Of a stretch of 64,000 nucleotides of DNA, positions 10,971-21,944 are shown one piece after another; within the stretch, counting starts at the first letter, position 1; every line of letters begins with the position of its first letter. Source of the stretch: Methanotrichaceae archaeon (GTDB lineage: Archaea; Halobacteriota; Methanosarcinia; Methanotrichales; Methanotrichaceae); the NCBI GenBank assembly GCA_963803145.1, contig CAWDLW010000027.1:32001-96000 (forward strand), read 5' to 3'. The position numbers were made by a program, and so were the translations under genes. A model generated the notes under the pieces. The model was given only the letters and a program-made list of their open reading frames with translations. It was not told where the DNA came from and made no database searches.

Positions 10971-11729
10971 ATGGGGGAGGGTGTAATTACGACCAACGGG
11001 ATGGGACCAAAAATAACATCTTTGGATATTAATTTGAAATCTTCTGCCTCATCCTATCAATTAAATCAGTATCTGCAGAAAGGCATATATCGCTTGATAA
11101 TTGTAGCACCTTTTAATTCCAGGATTCTAGTTACGCCCTTGACCCCTCCTATGGGATTTGATTTTCAACCGGATTTAGATCCGAATCCGGAAATTTGGAA
11201 TTCACTATTAATTACGCCTCAGGAGGGCCAATATGCCTTTCTGGTGACATTAGATAGACCAATCGAAAATGATACGCTACATGTACAGTTCATTTTCCAG
11301 CAAGCCCCTCCGCCTGTAAACCCACCTCAGCCGCCCGTAACACCTCCAGTAACTCCCCCTCCAGGAGATATGCAGGAGACCTATAGGCAAAGAGGATATA
11401 GGATTGCATCAGATGGCGCAGTTGAGTTCTACTATGTATCCTTTAGGACTCACAAAGTGAATGGATCCAGGGAAATATGCATAAACGGTCTCTTCTCTTG
11501 GTCCAACGATTTGCATGACCCTGCCTTAACTATGGGACGACTTGCCAAAGAGGACGCAAATTATAGGCTCAATCGTTATGGGCCATTTCCAACAAGAGCC
11601 GGAGCAGAGGGAAGTGCCATTCAGTTCGCCACTCAGATTTTCGGTGATCCCACAAGGTATGGTATTTGGGGCACTGGAGGGCTGCGAGATATTCAAGTTA
11701 GCGATTATAGAAATCCAGAATTTAGATAG
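10971..11729 (+). CDS. Hypothetical two-domain protein with proline-rich linker
   Basis: PPPVNPPQPPVTPPVTPPP linker between two globular segments. Confidence 0.55.
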   Translation: MGEGVITTNGMGPKITSLDINLKSSASSYQLNQYLQKGIYRLIIVAPFNSRILVTPLTPPMGFDFQPDLDPNPEIWNSLLITPQEGQYAFLVTLDRPIENDTLHVQFIFQQAPPPVNPPQPPVTPPVTPPPGDMQETYRQRGYRIASDGAVEFYYVSFRTHKVNGSREICINGLFSWSNDLHDPALTMGRLAKEDANYRLNRYGPFPTRAGAEGSAIQFATQIFGDPTRYGIWGTGGLRDIQVSDYRNPEFR

Positions 11730-12019
11730 GCCAGAAAATAATAACATCTGATCTTGAAAAAGCGCTATAGACAGAGTTTAGAAAGCAACAAGTTCTGGCA
11801 TAATGCCTATTCGAATTCGGAGCTTGGAAGCTCGGCGCAAACTCGCAATTTCCGGGATTATGATGGTAAATGACTGACGCAATATAGGGGGTTGTCAACT
11901 ATAAGAGGTCAATATTCGATATATAAGCCCTTGCAATCTAAGATTGGCTTCATTGCTATGAGTACAGAATAAATTTCTTTTAGATTCATATAATTGGTGG
12001 CAGCACAAAGTCACAAAGT

Positions 12020-12409
12020 TTGCAGAGAATTAGCAAAGGCGGAGTATACAGCATATCCCTGATAAGCCCTCAATGCTCCGATATCCTGAAGAGCTATCTT
12101 GAGATGCGACCACCCCTATATATCGACGGCAAGCAACCATTATTCTATACCGATTACGAAAATCGCTGGCAAGGAATCGAGGTTTCCCGGCTGTTTCACA
12201 ACTACAAGAAAAAAGCCGGAATCGATAAGCCTGGCGGTGCTCATGTCTTTGCACGACATACAGTCGCCAGCTTGATGGTAAAGAATGGCTGCGATTTACT
12301 GACAATCATGCAAGTTCTGCGACACAAATCAATAGAAAGCACAATGCGGTATTTGCATCTGACCGATGCTACAAAGAGAGCGAAGTACAATAAGTTCTTA
12401 AGGTTGTGA
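12020..12409 (+). pseudogene. Tyrosine recombinase/integrase, C-terminal fragment
   Basis: HVFARH, LRH and TMRYLH catalytic motifs; clearly homologous to 19758-20639; N-terminal half missing. Confidence 0.85.
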
Positions 12410-12724
12410 TGCTGCAAAAAGAGAGAGGCATAGCTAATATCTTACCCTTTAGATTCTTTCGCTAACTTCGAATACTTTGGATTTCTTATTTTTCAATTAA
12501 TAAATTATTAATATCTTTAAATAGCCTTTCGAATCTACTAAGTGCTAGGTCGAGATCTGTGAGAACAGACTTCAATTCTGCAGTATTTTCTGCTAGAAAG
12601 GAAGACGGCATGAAGTGATCAAACTCTTGAAACTGCTCACGAGGCAAAAGTGCAAAATGTCTCTCTATTTCTTTTAGAACTCGAATTGGAGCATCCAATG
12701 GTTTCTCTTTTGGAATCGAATTTG

Positions 12725-13949
12725 GGTCGTGTATGCGTTCCGATGAAATAGTTATATGTTTATAATGATACATTCTTTAAAAGGGATGTATCAAAAATGT
12801 CTGATATTACATTGTCCGATTACTGGTGCCATCATGAAGGCTGCCAGGATTATGGCATAAACGATAAAGGCAACATAGTGATAAAAGATCACTATGGAAA
12901 GAACAACCGTGCGCTCTTGAAGTGTAGAACATGTGGTCATTGTTTCAGCGAGACTCGTGGAACAATATTTTTCGGTTTAAGCACATCAGATGAGGAAGTC
13001 TTAGATGTCCTGGCCCAATTGGTAGAAAAAGGCAGTATTCGTGGTGTTGCAAGATCTACAGGTCATGATAAAAATACAATCTGCCGATGGCTCAAAAGGG
13101 CAGCGGATCATTGCAAAGAGGTCAATGATTACTTCCTGAACCATCTTCATCTTACACAAGTGCAGATAGATGAAATATGGTCATTTTGTAAAAAAACAAA
13201 AAAATGTAAGTAGCTATGACTCAAAAGACGTTGGTGACGTATATAGTCTGACAGCAATAAATGCTGAATCAAGGTTACTAATCTGCCATCATGAAGGTGG
13301 CCGAACTATAGAAGATGCAACTGCCTTATTTAGTGACTTAGAACATAGACGGGCGACAGGCACACCTCTTCCGGTATTCGTTTCCGATGATTGGGATCCA
13401 TTTTCCAATGCCCTCCTTGAAGTCTACGGTGTCAAGGAGACGCCTGAATACAAAGGACTAGGCAGAAAACCAAATCCTATACTTGTTCCTCCTCCTGACC
13501 TTAAATATGCTCAAATTGTGAAAAATAAAAAGAATGATGAAGTGGTTAACACATTTGAACGGATTGTATATGGTGACCCGAAAGATGTGCTTGAACTGCT
13601 TTGCCCAACATCGAAAGAACATATCCAGACATCCTACGTCGAACGAATGAATCTCACTTTCAGGAATTATCTGGCCAGGTTTATACGTGAGTCTATGAAC
13701 TTTAGTAAAGATAGGCAAATTCATACCGGCGCAATAGACTTTTTCCAAGCTTGGTACAACTTCGTTAAGCCGCATGATTCTTTAAAAATTGAGATAAACC
13801 TTGACATGGAAGAAGTGGGATTCGCTCTGAATCCTAAAAAATGGATCCCTCGAACGCCTGCGATGGTTGAATTGATTACCGACCATATTTGGACTATGAA
13901 GGAGTTAATGACTTGGAGGATCCCATTTCAATAGGTCACATACACAACC
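12725..13949 (+). mobile_element. IS1-family insertion sequence
   Basis: Imperfect TIRs ggtcgtgtatgcg / cacatacacaacc; 8-bp TSD CGAATTTG at 12717-12724 and 13950-13957. Confidence 0.92.
12797..13934 (+). CDS. IS1-family transposase in two ORFs (12797-13213, 13170-13934)
   Basis: Zn finger + HTH, QIDEIWSF, VSDDW and TSYVERMNLTFR. ORF2 is in the +1 phase around TTTTGTAAAAAAAC. Confidence 0.85.
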
Positions 13950-15350
13950 CGAATTTGAATCGCCTAATGAATAACATTTATTGACCAGTGTGACATAGAA
14001 TGATCTGCCAAGCAGGTCTTCAATATCTGCTTCATCCTGATCTGTGTACATTTCTGCACTAAAAACATGTCCCTTTTTAAGCAATATCGATTCTTTGAGA
14101 CTTCGGACTTTCTTTTTTTGACCTTCAGAGAAATCGACTAAAATCGCTACATCTAACTTATTTCCGCCGAATAGAGAGTTGAAACTCGCAACTTTATCTA
14201 TACCGCCACATGGCGCAATTATCCATTTGGAGTCTAAGTAAATTCTCCCTCGATTCTTAAGCTCATTAGAAAACCACTTTAAGTACAACAAATCAGAAGG
14301 ACCTTCAACTAATAAAGTATGTTTTCCAATAAATAATGTCTGAGTTACATCATAACCTAGAGCCGCTTGCAGTGGAAAGATTGTATCTGCATCTGTGCTA
14401 AGGACTTTATCCCCTACTTTGGTGCCTTTGATCTCATCATCAATGACAACGTCCTCGATAGTCCTAACACTTAATAAATTATCAGGATCAATCATGAAAG
14501 GTGAATGAGTGGTATAAATAACTTGATACTTTGGCTTAAGTTCATCATTGAAATACCTCAGCAAATCTGATTGTGCTTTGCCATGAAGGCTAAGTCCAGG
14601 CTCATCAAGCAGAATAATTAGGTTGTCCCCATAATTTTTATTTAGCTGTGAAAGCCAAACTAGGAACGAGAAAAACCAAATGAATCCGGTACTGCGATCA
14701 TCAAAGCTAACTGAAACTCTATGGCGTTCATTTCGTATGCGTGTTCTAAATACATAACCCTCGTTAAAGGGAGGTTCATCTTTAGGTTTTCCCATTTCAT
14801 AGGTGAAATCTACACTTAAATGCTTATTCTGACTCCAATATCTAAAAATCGTCCTACTCAATCTATTTTCTATAGCTTCTAATTTAGCTCTAAGTTCTTC
14901 ATACTTGGCAATATTTTGGATTTCCTCAGGGTCCGTCTTAGCCAAATCCAATAATGCTAAGAAAATATTATCTGAAAATTGCAGTTGCTTTTGGCTTTTT
15001 CTCTGCATAAGCGCATTTATTGCCACTTGACCCGGCAGTTTATGATATTCAGCGAAGTAAAGAAATTTAGGCAATTTATCTTTTAATAACCTAATTATGG
15101 CACGCTTCGTGCTCTTATCTGGAAAAAATGATTTTACTTTCACTAATAGTTCTGTTTGGGATGATTGTGGCTCCGGAGATGTTGAGTTCTTTTCAAGTTC
15201 TTCGCATAACTCCTTTATCGTTTTAGCCTTTGACAAATTTTCTATTTCATAAAGATTGGCCGATTTGAGAAGGAATTCTACAACTCTCTTTTCATCTATG
15301 TCGATATTCCAATATTGGGTATTATCATAACCTTTTTTTATTGTTATAAG

Positions 15351-16881
15351 TAACATGCTCAATAGCTTGTTCAGATCAGCAGATTAAGACGTATCGTTCA
15401 GAAATTAAAAATGCTGAGAAAACTAAATAAGTATACTTGTGGATAAGGCAATTGAAGAAGAAATAATAACCCTTGATATCGATAAGATCGACTTCGATGA
15501 CAAGGAGGCAACTAAAGAGCTATTCCGAAAGTTGCTCAACTTTATAGAATATCAAGCTCAAGTGATACGGCGGCAAAATGAGATAATCCAACAACAAGGT
15601 GATGAAATAGCAAGATTAAAAGGTTTGAAGGGCAAACCGAAGATCGCGCCAAACATCCCTAATCTGGAACCAAAACAAGCATCAGCAGAGAAGTCTAAGA
15701 AATGGTCAAAGGGATCGAAGAATCCCAAGATAAAGATCAATCGAGTAGTTTGGTTAGATATCGAGTCCGATATCTTGCCGCCGGATGCTGTATACCGTGG
15801 GTATGAACCTGTAATAATCCAAAATATCAAGCTACAGACTGATAATATCGAATATCGGCGAGGACACTATTATTCCAAGTCACTGGACAAGCATTATTAT
15901 GCTGAGCTTCCAAAGGAAATTCAGAACACCCAATTTGGCAGCGACCTAAAGGCGCTCATTGCTACATTTTATTATGCAGGCAGAGTGACTGAAAACAAGA
16001 TCCATAGTATCTTAACTGATTTTGGTATCTTCATCTCAGAAGGCGAAATCTCAAATATACTGACTAAAGAGAAGAGCGGAGTCTTCTCAGCTGAGAAATC
16101 AGCAATATTTGAAACCGGTATGAGGTGCGCCAAGTATTTCCAAACCGATAGTACTGGCGCAAGGCATTCAGCCAAGAATGGCGATATGCATTATATCGGC
16201 AATGAAGAATTTTCTACTTATTTTATCGAGAAAAACAGGAAGCGAAAAACAATTAGAGACCTGCTCGGATTATTGGATGGAGTCTTGACGCCTACTCCGA
16301 TGGTAACCGATAGTGCTCATCAATATGACGGCATAGCTTGCCATCATGGTCACTGCTGGTTACACGAGATACAGCATTACATTAAGTTGAAACCTTATTT
16401 GGACCTTCACCGATCAATTCTGGAAAAATTCATTGCCAGTCTTTGGAAGTTCTACGATTTATTGAAGAAATTCAAATCCCAACCAAAGATTGATCTCAGA
16501 AGGTTAATTGAACGAAGGTTTGAATCCCTGTTTACAACGACTACAGGATACTTCGAACTGGACAAGCGGATAGCATCGACCCATAGCGATCGAGATAAGT
16601 TGCTCCTTATGCTCGATTTTCCGGAGATCCCTCTTCACAACAATGGATCTGAAATAGCTGTTCGCGAGGGTGTGCTAAAAAGAAAGATCAGCTATGGCAC
16701 TAGATCTGAGTTAGGCAAAGCAGCCTGGGGGAATTTGCTTTCTATGCTTGATACTTGCAGAAAGCAAAAGGTTAGATTCTATTTGTATGTCAAGGATATT
16801 TATTCTAATAGCTTTTCTATGCCAAGATTAGCCGATATGATCCCAAAGGTCGGCTAATTTTACCTGCTATTGAGCATGTTC
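15351..16881 (+). mobile_element. IS66-family insertion sequence (single-ORF type)
   Basis: TIRs aacatgctcaatagc / gctattgagcatgtt; 8-bp TSD GTTATAAG at 15343-15350 and 16882-16889. Confidence 0.92.
15439..16857 (+). CDS. IS66-family transposase (TnpC-like)
   Basis: Leucine-zipper N-terminus, QTDSTG, VTDSA, CWLHE and PLHNNGSEIAVR motifs. Confidence 0.9.
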   Translation: MDKAIEEEIITLDIDKIDFDDKEATKELFRKLLNFIEYQAQVIRRQNEIIQQQGDEIARLKGLKGKPKIAPNIPNLEPKQASAEKSKKWSKGSKNPKIKINRVVWLDIESDILPPDAVYRGYEPVIIQNIKLQTDNIEYRRGHYYSKSLDKHYYAELPKEIQNTQFGSDLKALIATFYYAGRVTENKIHSILTDFGIFISEGEISNILTKEKSGVFSAEKSAIFETGMRCAKYFQTDSTGARHSAKNGDMHYIGNEEFSTYFIEKNRKRKTIRDLLGLLDGVLTPTPMVTDSAHQYDGIACHHGHCWLHEIQHYIKLKPYLDLHRSILEKFIASLWKFYDLLKKFKSQPKIDLRRLIERRFESLFTTTTGYFELDKRIASTHSDRDKLLLMLDFPEIPLHNNGSEIAVREGVLKRKISYGTRSELGKAAWGNLLSMLDTCRKQKVRFYLYVKDIYSNSFSMPRLADMIPKVG

Positions 16882-17437
16882 GTTATAAGTTTATTCTTTA
16901 GAGCCTCTAATCCCATTATAGAAGAGATCTTTGCAACTTCTTCATCTTTAAGCTCCCAGGTGGTGGTTAAAACGTTATCTTCATCTGCTTCTTGTCTTTC
17001 CTCATACTCAGATAATCTATGGCGTGGATACTCCAATTGATAATCAAAATCACCCTCTCCAGATATAGCAGGATTTAACTTGTACAAGGCTTGAAGAAGC
17101 GCAGATTTTCCTGACTCATTTTTACCAACAAGACAGGTGATTGGTTCAATTGAGAATTCATTTGAGTCTTCAATACACTTGTAATTTTGAACCCTAAGCG
17201 ATTTTAATATCATTCAACCCACCTGACAGGAGGGAGTTACAACAATACGAATTTAAGTATCTTATCCTTATAACATTGAAGCTTCATATGGTTAGGGATT
17301 TTCCAACAATTCGACTTTCTTATAATATAACTATTCTTTGAATTAGTTTTCAATTTTCGAATATTGCTATCCTTCAAGTGCTGCCAGATATAGCGGATCG
17401 GGTCAGGTATATCTATCAGCCAGGAAGACCTTTGATC

Positions 17438-18294
17438 CTAGGGCATTTTACAGAGGCAACATCTTAGTTCACATGGTTGTGTCTCCTTGTTTAGCTCATT
17501 TCCTATGTAATTTAGGAGCTTGTCTATTGGTGAGGCGATCTTATTAGCGACATCCTTCCTAATTTTTTCCTTAACATCTTCATCCCACTTTTTTAGATCA
17601 TCAATTGTTTGGATATTTTCGTCTGAAATTTTGTATTCGGGATCTTCTTCAAGTTCTGATATTTGGCAAAGCATTTCGTAAAGATCTTTAATCATTTGGT
17701 GGTCAGGCGCAATATGAAACAAATTTATAATTAATCCCACAATCTCGAATAATTCTCGAATATATCTAGCTGTTTCTAACCGCAATTCTGAGTTCCGCTC
17801 TTCTACTCGGTATGCGCGCTCTACATCTTTCTCTTCGTTCTCAGGTACTAGATAAGACCTCGTTATGTAAAAATCAATGGATGTGCTATATTCTAAATTC
17901 CTTGAAAGTAGCTCTACAAGCAAATCTCTTAGACCCATTAGCTGGCTGTAAACCCGTAGCTTTCTATGTTTCTCGATATTTTTATTTTTTATATAATCTC
18001 TACTGTAGTTTCCAAGTTTTTGGTTTTTGCTACTTAATAGGAATAGCAGATGGATATGATATTACGTGTCTATAAATAAATATTACAAAGGGGACAGGTT
18101 TTCTTACACATTTGTGAAAAGACTAAAATCTATATATAAAGATGGCGATCAGATGAAAAACTTGGAAACTACAGATCTCTAATCAGAGTGAGGCCGCCAG
18201 CCACAAAGGCGCCTAGGATTACACCAGCAGCAGCGATAATTGCTCCGTTTTGACTAGTTAAATTTATATCCGTGCTATCACTCCTTCCGCCCAA
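17438..18294 (-). pseudogene. N-terminally membrane-anchored hypothetical protein interrupted by a MITE
   Basis: With the MITE removed the frame reads DINLTSQNGAIIAAAGVILGAFVAGGLTLIRD-YIKNKNIEKHRKLRVYSQLMGLRDLL, continuous with ORF 17438-17938. Confidence 0.75.
18003..18174. mobile_element. 172-bp MITE with ends resembling the IS701-family element at 42959-44356
   Basis: Perfect 19-bp TIR CTGTAGTTTCCAAGTTTTT; 7-bp TSD ATCTCTA at 17996-18002 and 18175-18181; no transposase ORF. Confidence 0.88.
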
Positions 18295-18675
18295 TTGCTA
18301 ACAAAGGATACCTCCTGCTGGACTGATTGTATTACTATAAGAAAAACCTTCCTGAAGATACCACAGAACGATAAAGATCTTCTTAGGCGTTATAATGGCA
18401 ATGCTGGATTTTAAGGGCATTATAAACATTAATTTTCTATCAATTAGACATTAAAAAACAGAGATATTAGTTAGTAGTATGTGTTTAGCCCTCCTAAATA
18501 CATATCAGTAAACCCATTTTATGATAGCTCATATGATCAGCACCAAAGAGCTAATTTCAAGTAACTATGGCTATAGATATTGTTTTTTGTTCTGGTTCAG
18601 GCCTTTAGTCGTTATGCTTGGATTTGTTAAAATCAATATCAAGCGAACGATTTCATGGGAGCTAAACACTTACAG

Positions 18676-18924
18676 TTAGTATTCTGGCAATTTTCCCAAA
18701 TTATCTTTCTCAGTATTGTCTTTATCGGTTCTGATGAAATCATTCCCCTTTACTTTTACTATACTCACTTCGGCTCCTAGAGAAGTTTCAATCTTCTTTC
18801 CATTCTTCAGTAAATTTACCACCTCTTGTCTAGAAAATTCAGTTCCGTAACGCGTCTTTACTTTCTCAATGTGTTTTGGGTCCTTACTGTAATGCACTTC
18901 ATTTATGACGAAATCTGCAGTCAT
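18676..18924 (-). CDS. DUF3892-like small protein
   Basis: SRQEVVNLL...FIRTDKDNTEKDNLGKLPEY C-terminal pattern. Confidence 0.75.
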   Translation of the reverse strand: MTADFVINEVHYSKDPKHIEKVKTRYGTEFSRQEVVNLLKNGKKIETSLGAEVSIVKVKGNDFIRTDKDNTEKDNLGKLPEY

Positions 18925-18976
18925 AAGATTTTGTATAGTAAGTGGAGTACTTAAATTATTGCATTGTTGTTTGTTA

Positions 18977-19534
18977 TCAAATTATCATCTTAGAAAGGCA
19001 TGTGATACGGCTAATGGGAATGCCATCGCCGCGGCCAAAATTGATTGAGGAAATAATTTCCTCACTATTGCCTCTTCTTCGCCCGGTTAATAGAGTTTCA
19101 TGAAACTGTCTCTTGTTCGTCGGGTTATTTTGATACAATTCAACGCGCTTACCGCATACGTCCGTAAAACTAGACACGGATGCGACGCGTGCGCCTTCAC
19201 CTGGCACCAATTGAGGTAATGGTTCAACTTCGACCGGCTCAGCAGGCTCTAAGAGATCGCTGCCCGCTTCTAGGATGATATGATTGCATTCCGACACGGC
19301 AACCGTTAGGATGTCGATCTCGTCCTGTAGCTCCTTAATCCGTGCTTTAATATCGGCAATCTCATCCTTCATGACCTCAGCGACGTTCTCAACATCGGCA
19401 ACAGGCTCCTCAAATGTATCGAGGCCCATCTTCTTAGCAGCACTTAGACGCAGCCCGCTTTCGAAATCAAAAATTAGGTGTTTGCGGACTCCGATTGCCT
19501 GCTGCATTAAATGGGTGATATAGAACATCTTCAC
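18977..19534 (-). CDS. Hypothetical coiled-coil protein (possibly remnant)
   Basis: Acidic heptad segment; the C-terminal part looks less natural. Confidence 0.4.
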   Translation of the reverse strand: MKMFYITHLMQQAIGVRKHLIFDFESGLRLSAAKKMGLDTFEEPVADVENVAEVMKDEIADIKARIKELQDEIDILTVAVSECNHIILEAGSDLLEPAEPVEVEPLPQLVPGEGARVASVSSFTDVCGKRVELYQNNPTNKRQFHETLLTGRRRGNSEEIISSINFGRGDGIPISRITCLSKMII

Positions 19535-19607
19535 TTTTTATACTTGAAGCCTAATACTTGAATATAGCTGCGGTGAGTAAATGAAGCCAAAAAATTAGCG
19601 GCAGACT

Positions 19608-19655
19608 GAAAAGGTGCGGCTGCCGGGATTCGAACCCGGGTTACGGGCTTGGGAA
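19608..19655. repeat. att site: 48-bp copy of the tRNA-Gly 3' half
   Basis: Identical to 23629-23676 (gaaaaggtgcggctgcc...gggcttgggaa). Confidence 0.95.
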
Positions 19656-19757
19656 TCCCGGGTCGCGTACATATACTGCGGTATATGTACGCTCATGCTG
19701 ATTTGCGCCAATTCTATCGAATCGGGCTACGGGATTGTAGCCCAAGATGGCGATGAA

Positions 19758-20639
19758 ATGGCTCAAAGGGCTAAAATAAATATTGATTGGACAATAAAGA
19801 GCAATATCGATGATATCAAAAAAGAGTTGGCGCGTTATTCTAAATTTCTAAGAGAAGAAGGTTTAAGAGAATCTACCATTGAAGGATTCACATGGAAGCT
19901 TTCCCGGTATCTGAAAGCGATAGGTACAACGCGGCCATCTATACAAGATTCTGAGAATTACCTTAAAAGCTTACATGATTGGAAGAAGGCTAGAAATACC
20001 ATAAATCAATACGCCTATACTCTCCGATTATTTCATAGAATGCATGGCGAAGAGCTACAGGTTAAAAGACTTAGCACTAATGATAAAATACCCTATTTTT
20101 TTAGCGCTGAAGAAATCGCCAAAATCTTTGATGCATGCAATAACTTGAAGCATCTTGCGATGTTAAAGACTATGTTCTTTGCTTACTTGCGCGTATCCGA
20201 ACTTTGCTATTTAGATATTGAAGATATAGATTTAAAAACTTTGACAATACGCATAAGAAACGGTAAATGGGGTAAACAAGCGCTAATTCCCATAAATGAT
20301 GAAACGGGCCGGATATTAGCCCAATATCTTGAACTTAAACCACAAATAACGATTGATGGTAAATCGCCAGTTTTCGTAAGCGATTATGGAAATCGATGGC
20401 AAAGAGGCGAAGTCCATGCTATGTTTGTGAAATACAAGAAGTTAGCGGGTATTGAAAAGAAAGGCGGGCCGCATGTTTTTGCCCGCCATTCAAGCGCAAG
20501 CCTTCTAGCAAAGAATAATTGCGATATTTTAACCATTCAAAAATTGCTGAGACATGAAGATATTAGAACTACATCGCGCTATCTTCATTTGGATGATAAA
20601 GTACTTCGCGAAAAATGTAATAAGCTCCTACAATTATAA
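19758..20639 (+). CDS. Tyrosine recombinase/integrase (XerC/D-like)
   Basis: LRVSEL, GKWGK, HVFARH, LLRHED and TSRYLH. ATG 19758 preferred because the longer ORF start lies inside the att repeat. Confidence 0.93.
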   Translation: MAQRAKINIDWTIKSNIDDIKKELARYSKFLREEGLRESTIEGFTWKLSRYLKAIGTTRPSIQDSENYLKSLHDWKKARNTINQYAYTLRLFHRMHGEELQVKRLSTNDKIPYFFSAEEIAKIFDACNNLKHLAMLKTMFFAYLRVSELCYLDIEDIDLKTLTIRIRNGKWGKQALIPINDETGRILAQYLELKPQITIDGKSPVFVSDYGNRWQRGEVHAMFVKYKKLAGIEKKGGPHVFARHSSASLLAKNNCDILTIQKLLRHEDIRTTSRYLHLDDKVLREKCNKLLQL

Positions 20640-20789
20640 TATGAAATGCCTTGCATTATAGATGCTTTGCATTTCTGCATTTTCTTAGTGATCATACTAC
20701 TTGCGGTATACCCATCTTTGCGATGCTAAAAAAGAGAGAGGTATAGCCAATATCTTACCCTCTAACTCTCTCTTTTCAATTTTCAGTAA

Positions 20790-21944
20790 CTATCTAATCG
20801 TTTGCCTTGCTAAGACCACTAGGAATGATGCCATAAGTAGCCATCCAGAAAGTCGTTCTAATAGACACCACCATCTACTATCTCCGGTTATGCTACTTAC
20901 CTCTGTAGTAGTAGTAAGTACCACAAAGCTTAAACGTAATGCTTCAGGAAAACCTGTTTGTCTTTCTAATAAAAAGATCCCACAAAATACAAAAAGAATA
21001 ATCAATAATGCAATTAGGGGGTATTTAGAGCGAACACCATATCCATATGTTATGAAAGATATACCATCTATTAACCTATCTAATCCTTTAAGTTTTACTG
21101 CTCTCTTTAGCCTGTACTGATAATAACAATTATCTGCATCTCTATATAATCCTTGGTTATTATAACTTTTTACGAGTTTTAAGTATACCTCATCATTGTA
21201 TTCGAGATGATTTTTGATAGACTTCCAAGGTACTTTTATAAGAGTAAACATTGATCCTTTTAAGAGAATTCTATCATTAAATACAGTATCCTCAAAGCCT
21301 ACCTCAATACGGAATAGAGTATTAGCAAAATTAGCGAACTTCTCGAATCTAGCTTCTCTAAAGTTTGCATAATCGTTGAAATTCGCCCAGTAGAAACTAG
21401 TAACAGGTTCAAATTTGGCTTTTACAAAGTTAGCATAATTATTAAATTGAATTCCATCAAAGATTGCATTTCCATAGAACTTAGCATTTTCGAACCTAGC
21501 ATATCCATGGATCTTAGCTTCAGTAAATGTAGCTAAATGAAATTCTGCATCTTTGAAATTGGCTTCCTTTGCAAATTGCACATTCATGAAATTAGCCCCA
21601 TTGGAAAATTTAGCATTTGCAAAGCTCACTTCATCACTAAATTCGGTTCCACTAAAATTAACTCCTATATCAAAATCGTTATTAAATTCAGTATTTGCAA
21701 AGTTGATGATTCCACCAATTTGCGAATTAGTAATTTCTATTATTGATGAAGTAGAAAATATTTCACCAAATTTTATGCCTAGCTTGGTAATATCAAGATC
21801 CCCGATGACAGTAACATGCTCATACCTAACTGGCTCATTCATCTTGATTTTAGCTAGTATTTCGCCAGAGTAAACAGTCATCAGTTTAGTCATTTTTTGC
21901 GAGCTATCCCCCCTACGAGTTATACTCTCAGCCACAATTATCAC
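20790..21944 (-). CDS. Pentapeptide-repeat protein with C-terminal membrane (ion-channel-like) segment
   Basis: ANFxxAxF repeats; ADNCYYQYR, GYGVR and hydrophobic helices with LTTTT. Confidence 0.85.
   Translation of the reverse strand: MIIVAESITRRGDSSQKMTKLMTVYSGEILAKIKMNEPVRYEHVTVIGDLDITKLGIKFGEIFSTSSIIEITNSQIGGIINFANTEFNNDFDIGVNFSGTEFSDEVSFANAKFSNGANFMNVQFAKEANFKDAEFHLATFTEAKIHGYARFENAKFYGNAIFDGIQFNNYANFVKAKFEPVTSFYWANFNDYANFREARFEKFANFANTLFRIEVGFEDTVFNDRILLKGSMFTLIKVPWKSIKNHLEYNDEVYLKLVKSYNNQGLYRDADNCYYQYRLKRAVKLKGLDRLIDGISFITYGYGVRSKYPLIALLIILFVFCGIFLLERQTGFPEALRLSFVVLTTTTEVSSITGDSRWWCLLERLSGWLLMASFLVVLARQTIR

Larger units (their letters stand above)
12486..17213 (-). pseudogene. OLD-like ABC-ATPase + TOPRIM nuclease, split in three by IS66 and IS1
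   Basis: Walker A GKNESGKS (17213-16882); LLDEPG, TTHSP and TOPRIM LLVEGPSD (15342-13950); tail at 12716-12486. Removing both ISs and one copy of each TSD gives an open 1956-nt frame (651 aa), joined at KNKLIT-IKKG and DSNS-IPKE. Confidence 0.9.

Noticed and set aside
11810-11845. Possible degenerate third att site (ttcgaa...gcttggaagc)
   Set aside because: Too short and gapped to support.
12486-12773. Independent 95-aa gene
   Set aside because: Its start lies inside IS1; the rest is the C-terminus of the split ATPase-TOPRIM gene.
19608-19655. Second tRNA-Gly gene
   Set aside because: Only the 3' half is present; it is the att duplication.
19614-19757. Integrase ORF extension through the att repeat (SSV1-type split integrase)
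   Set aside because: In the excised circle this frame meets TAA (23626-23628) just upstream of att, so there is no intN partner; the integrase appears complete from 19758.
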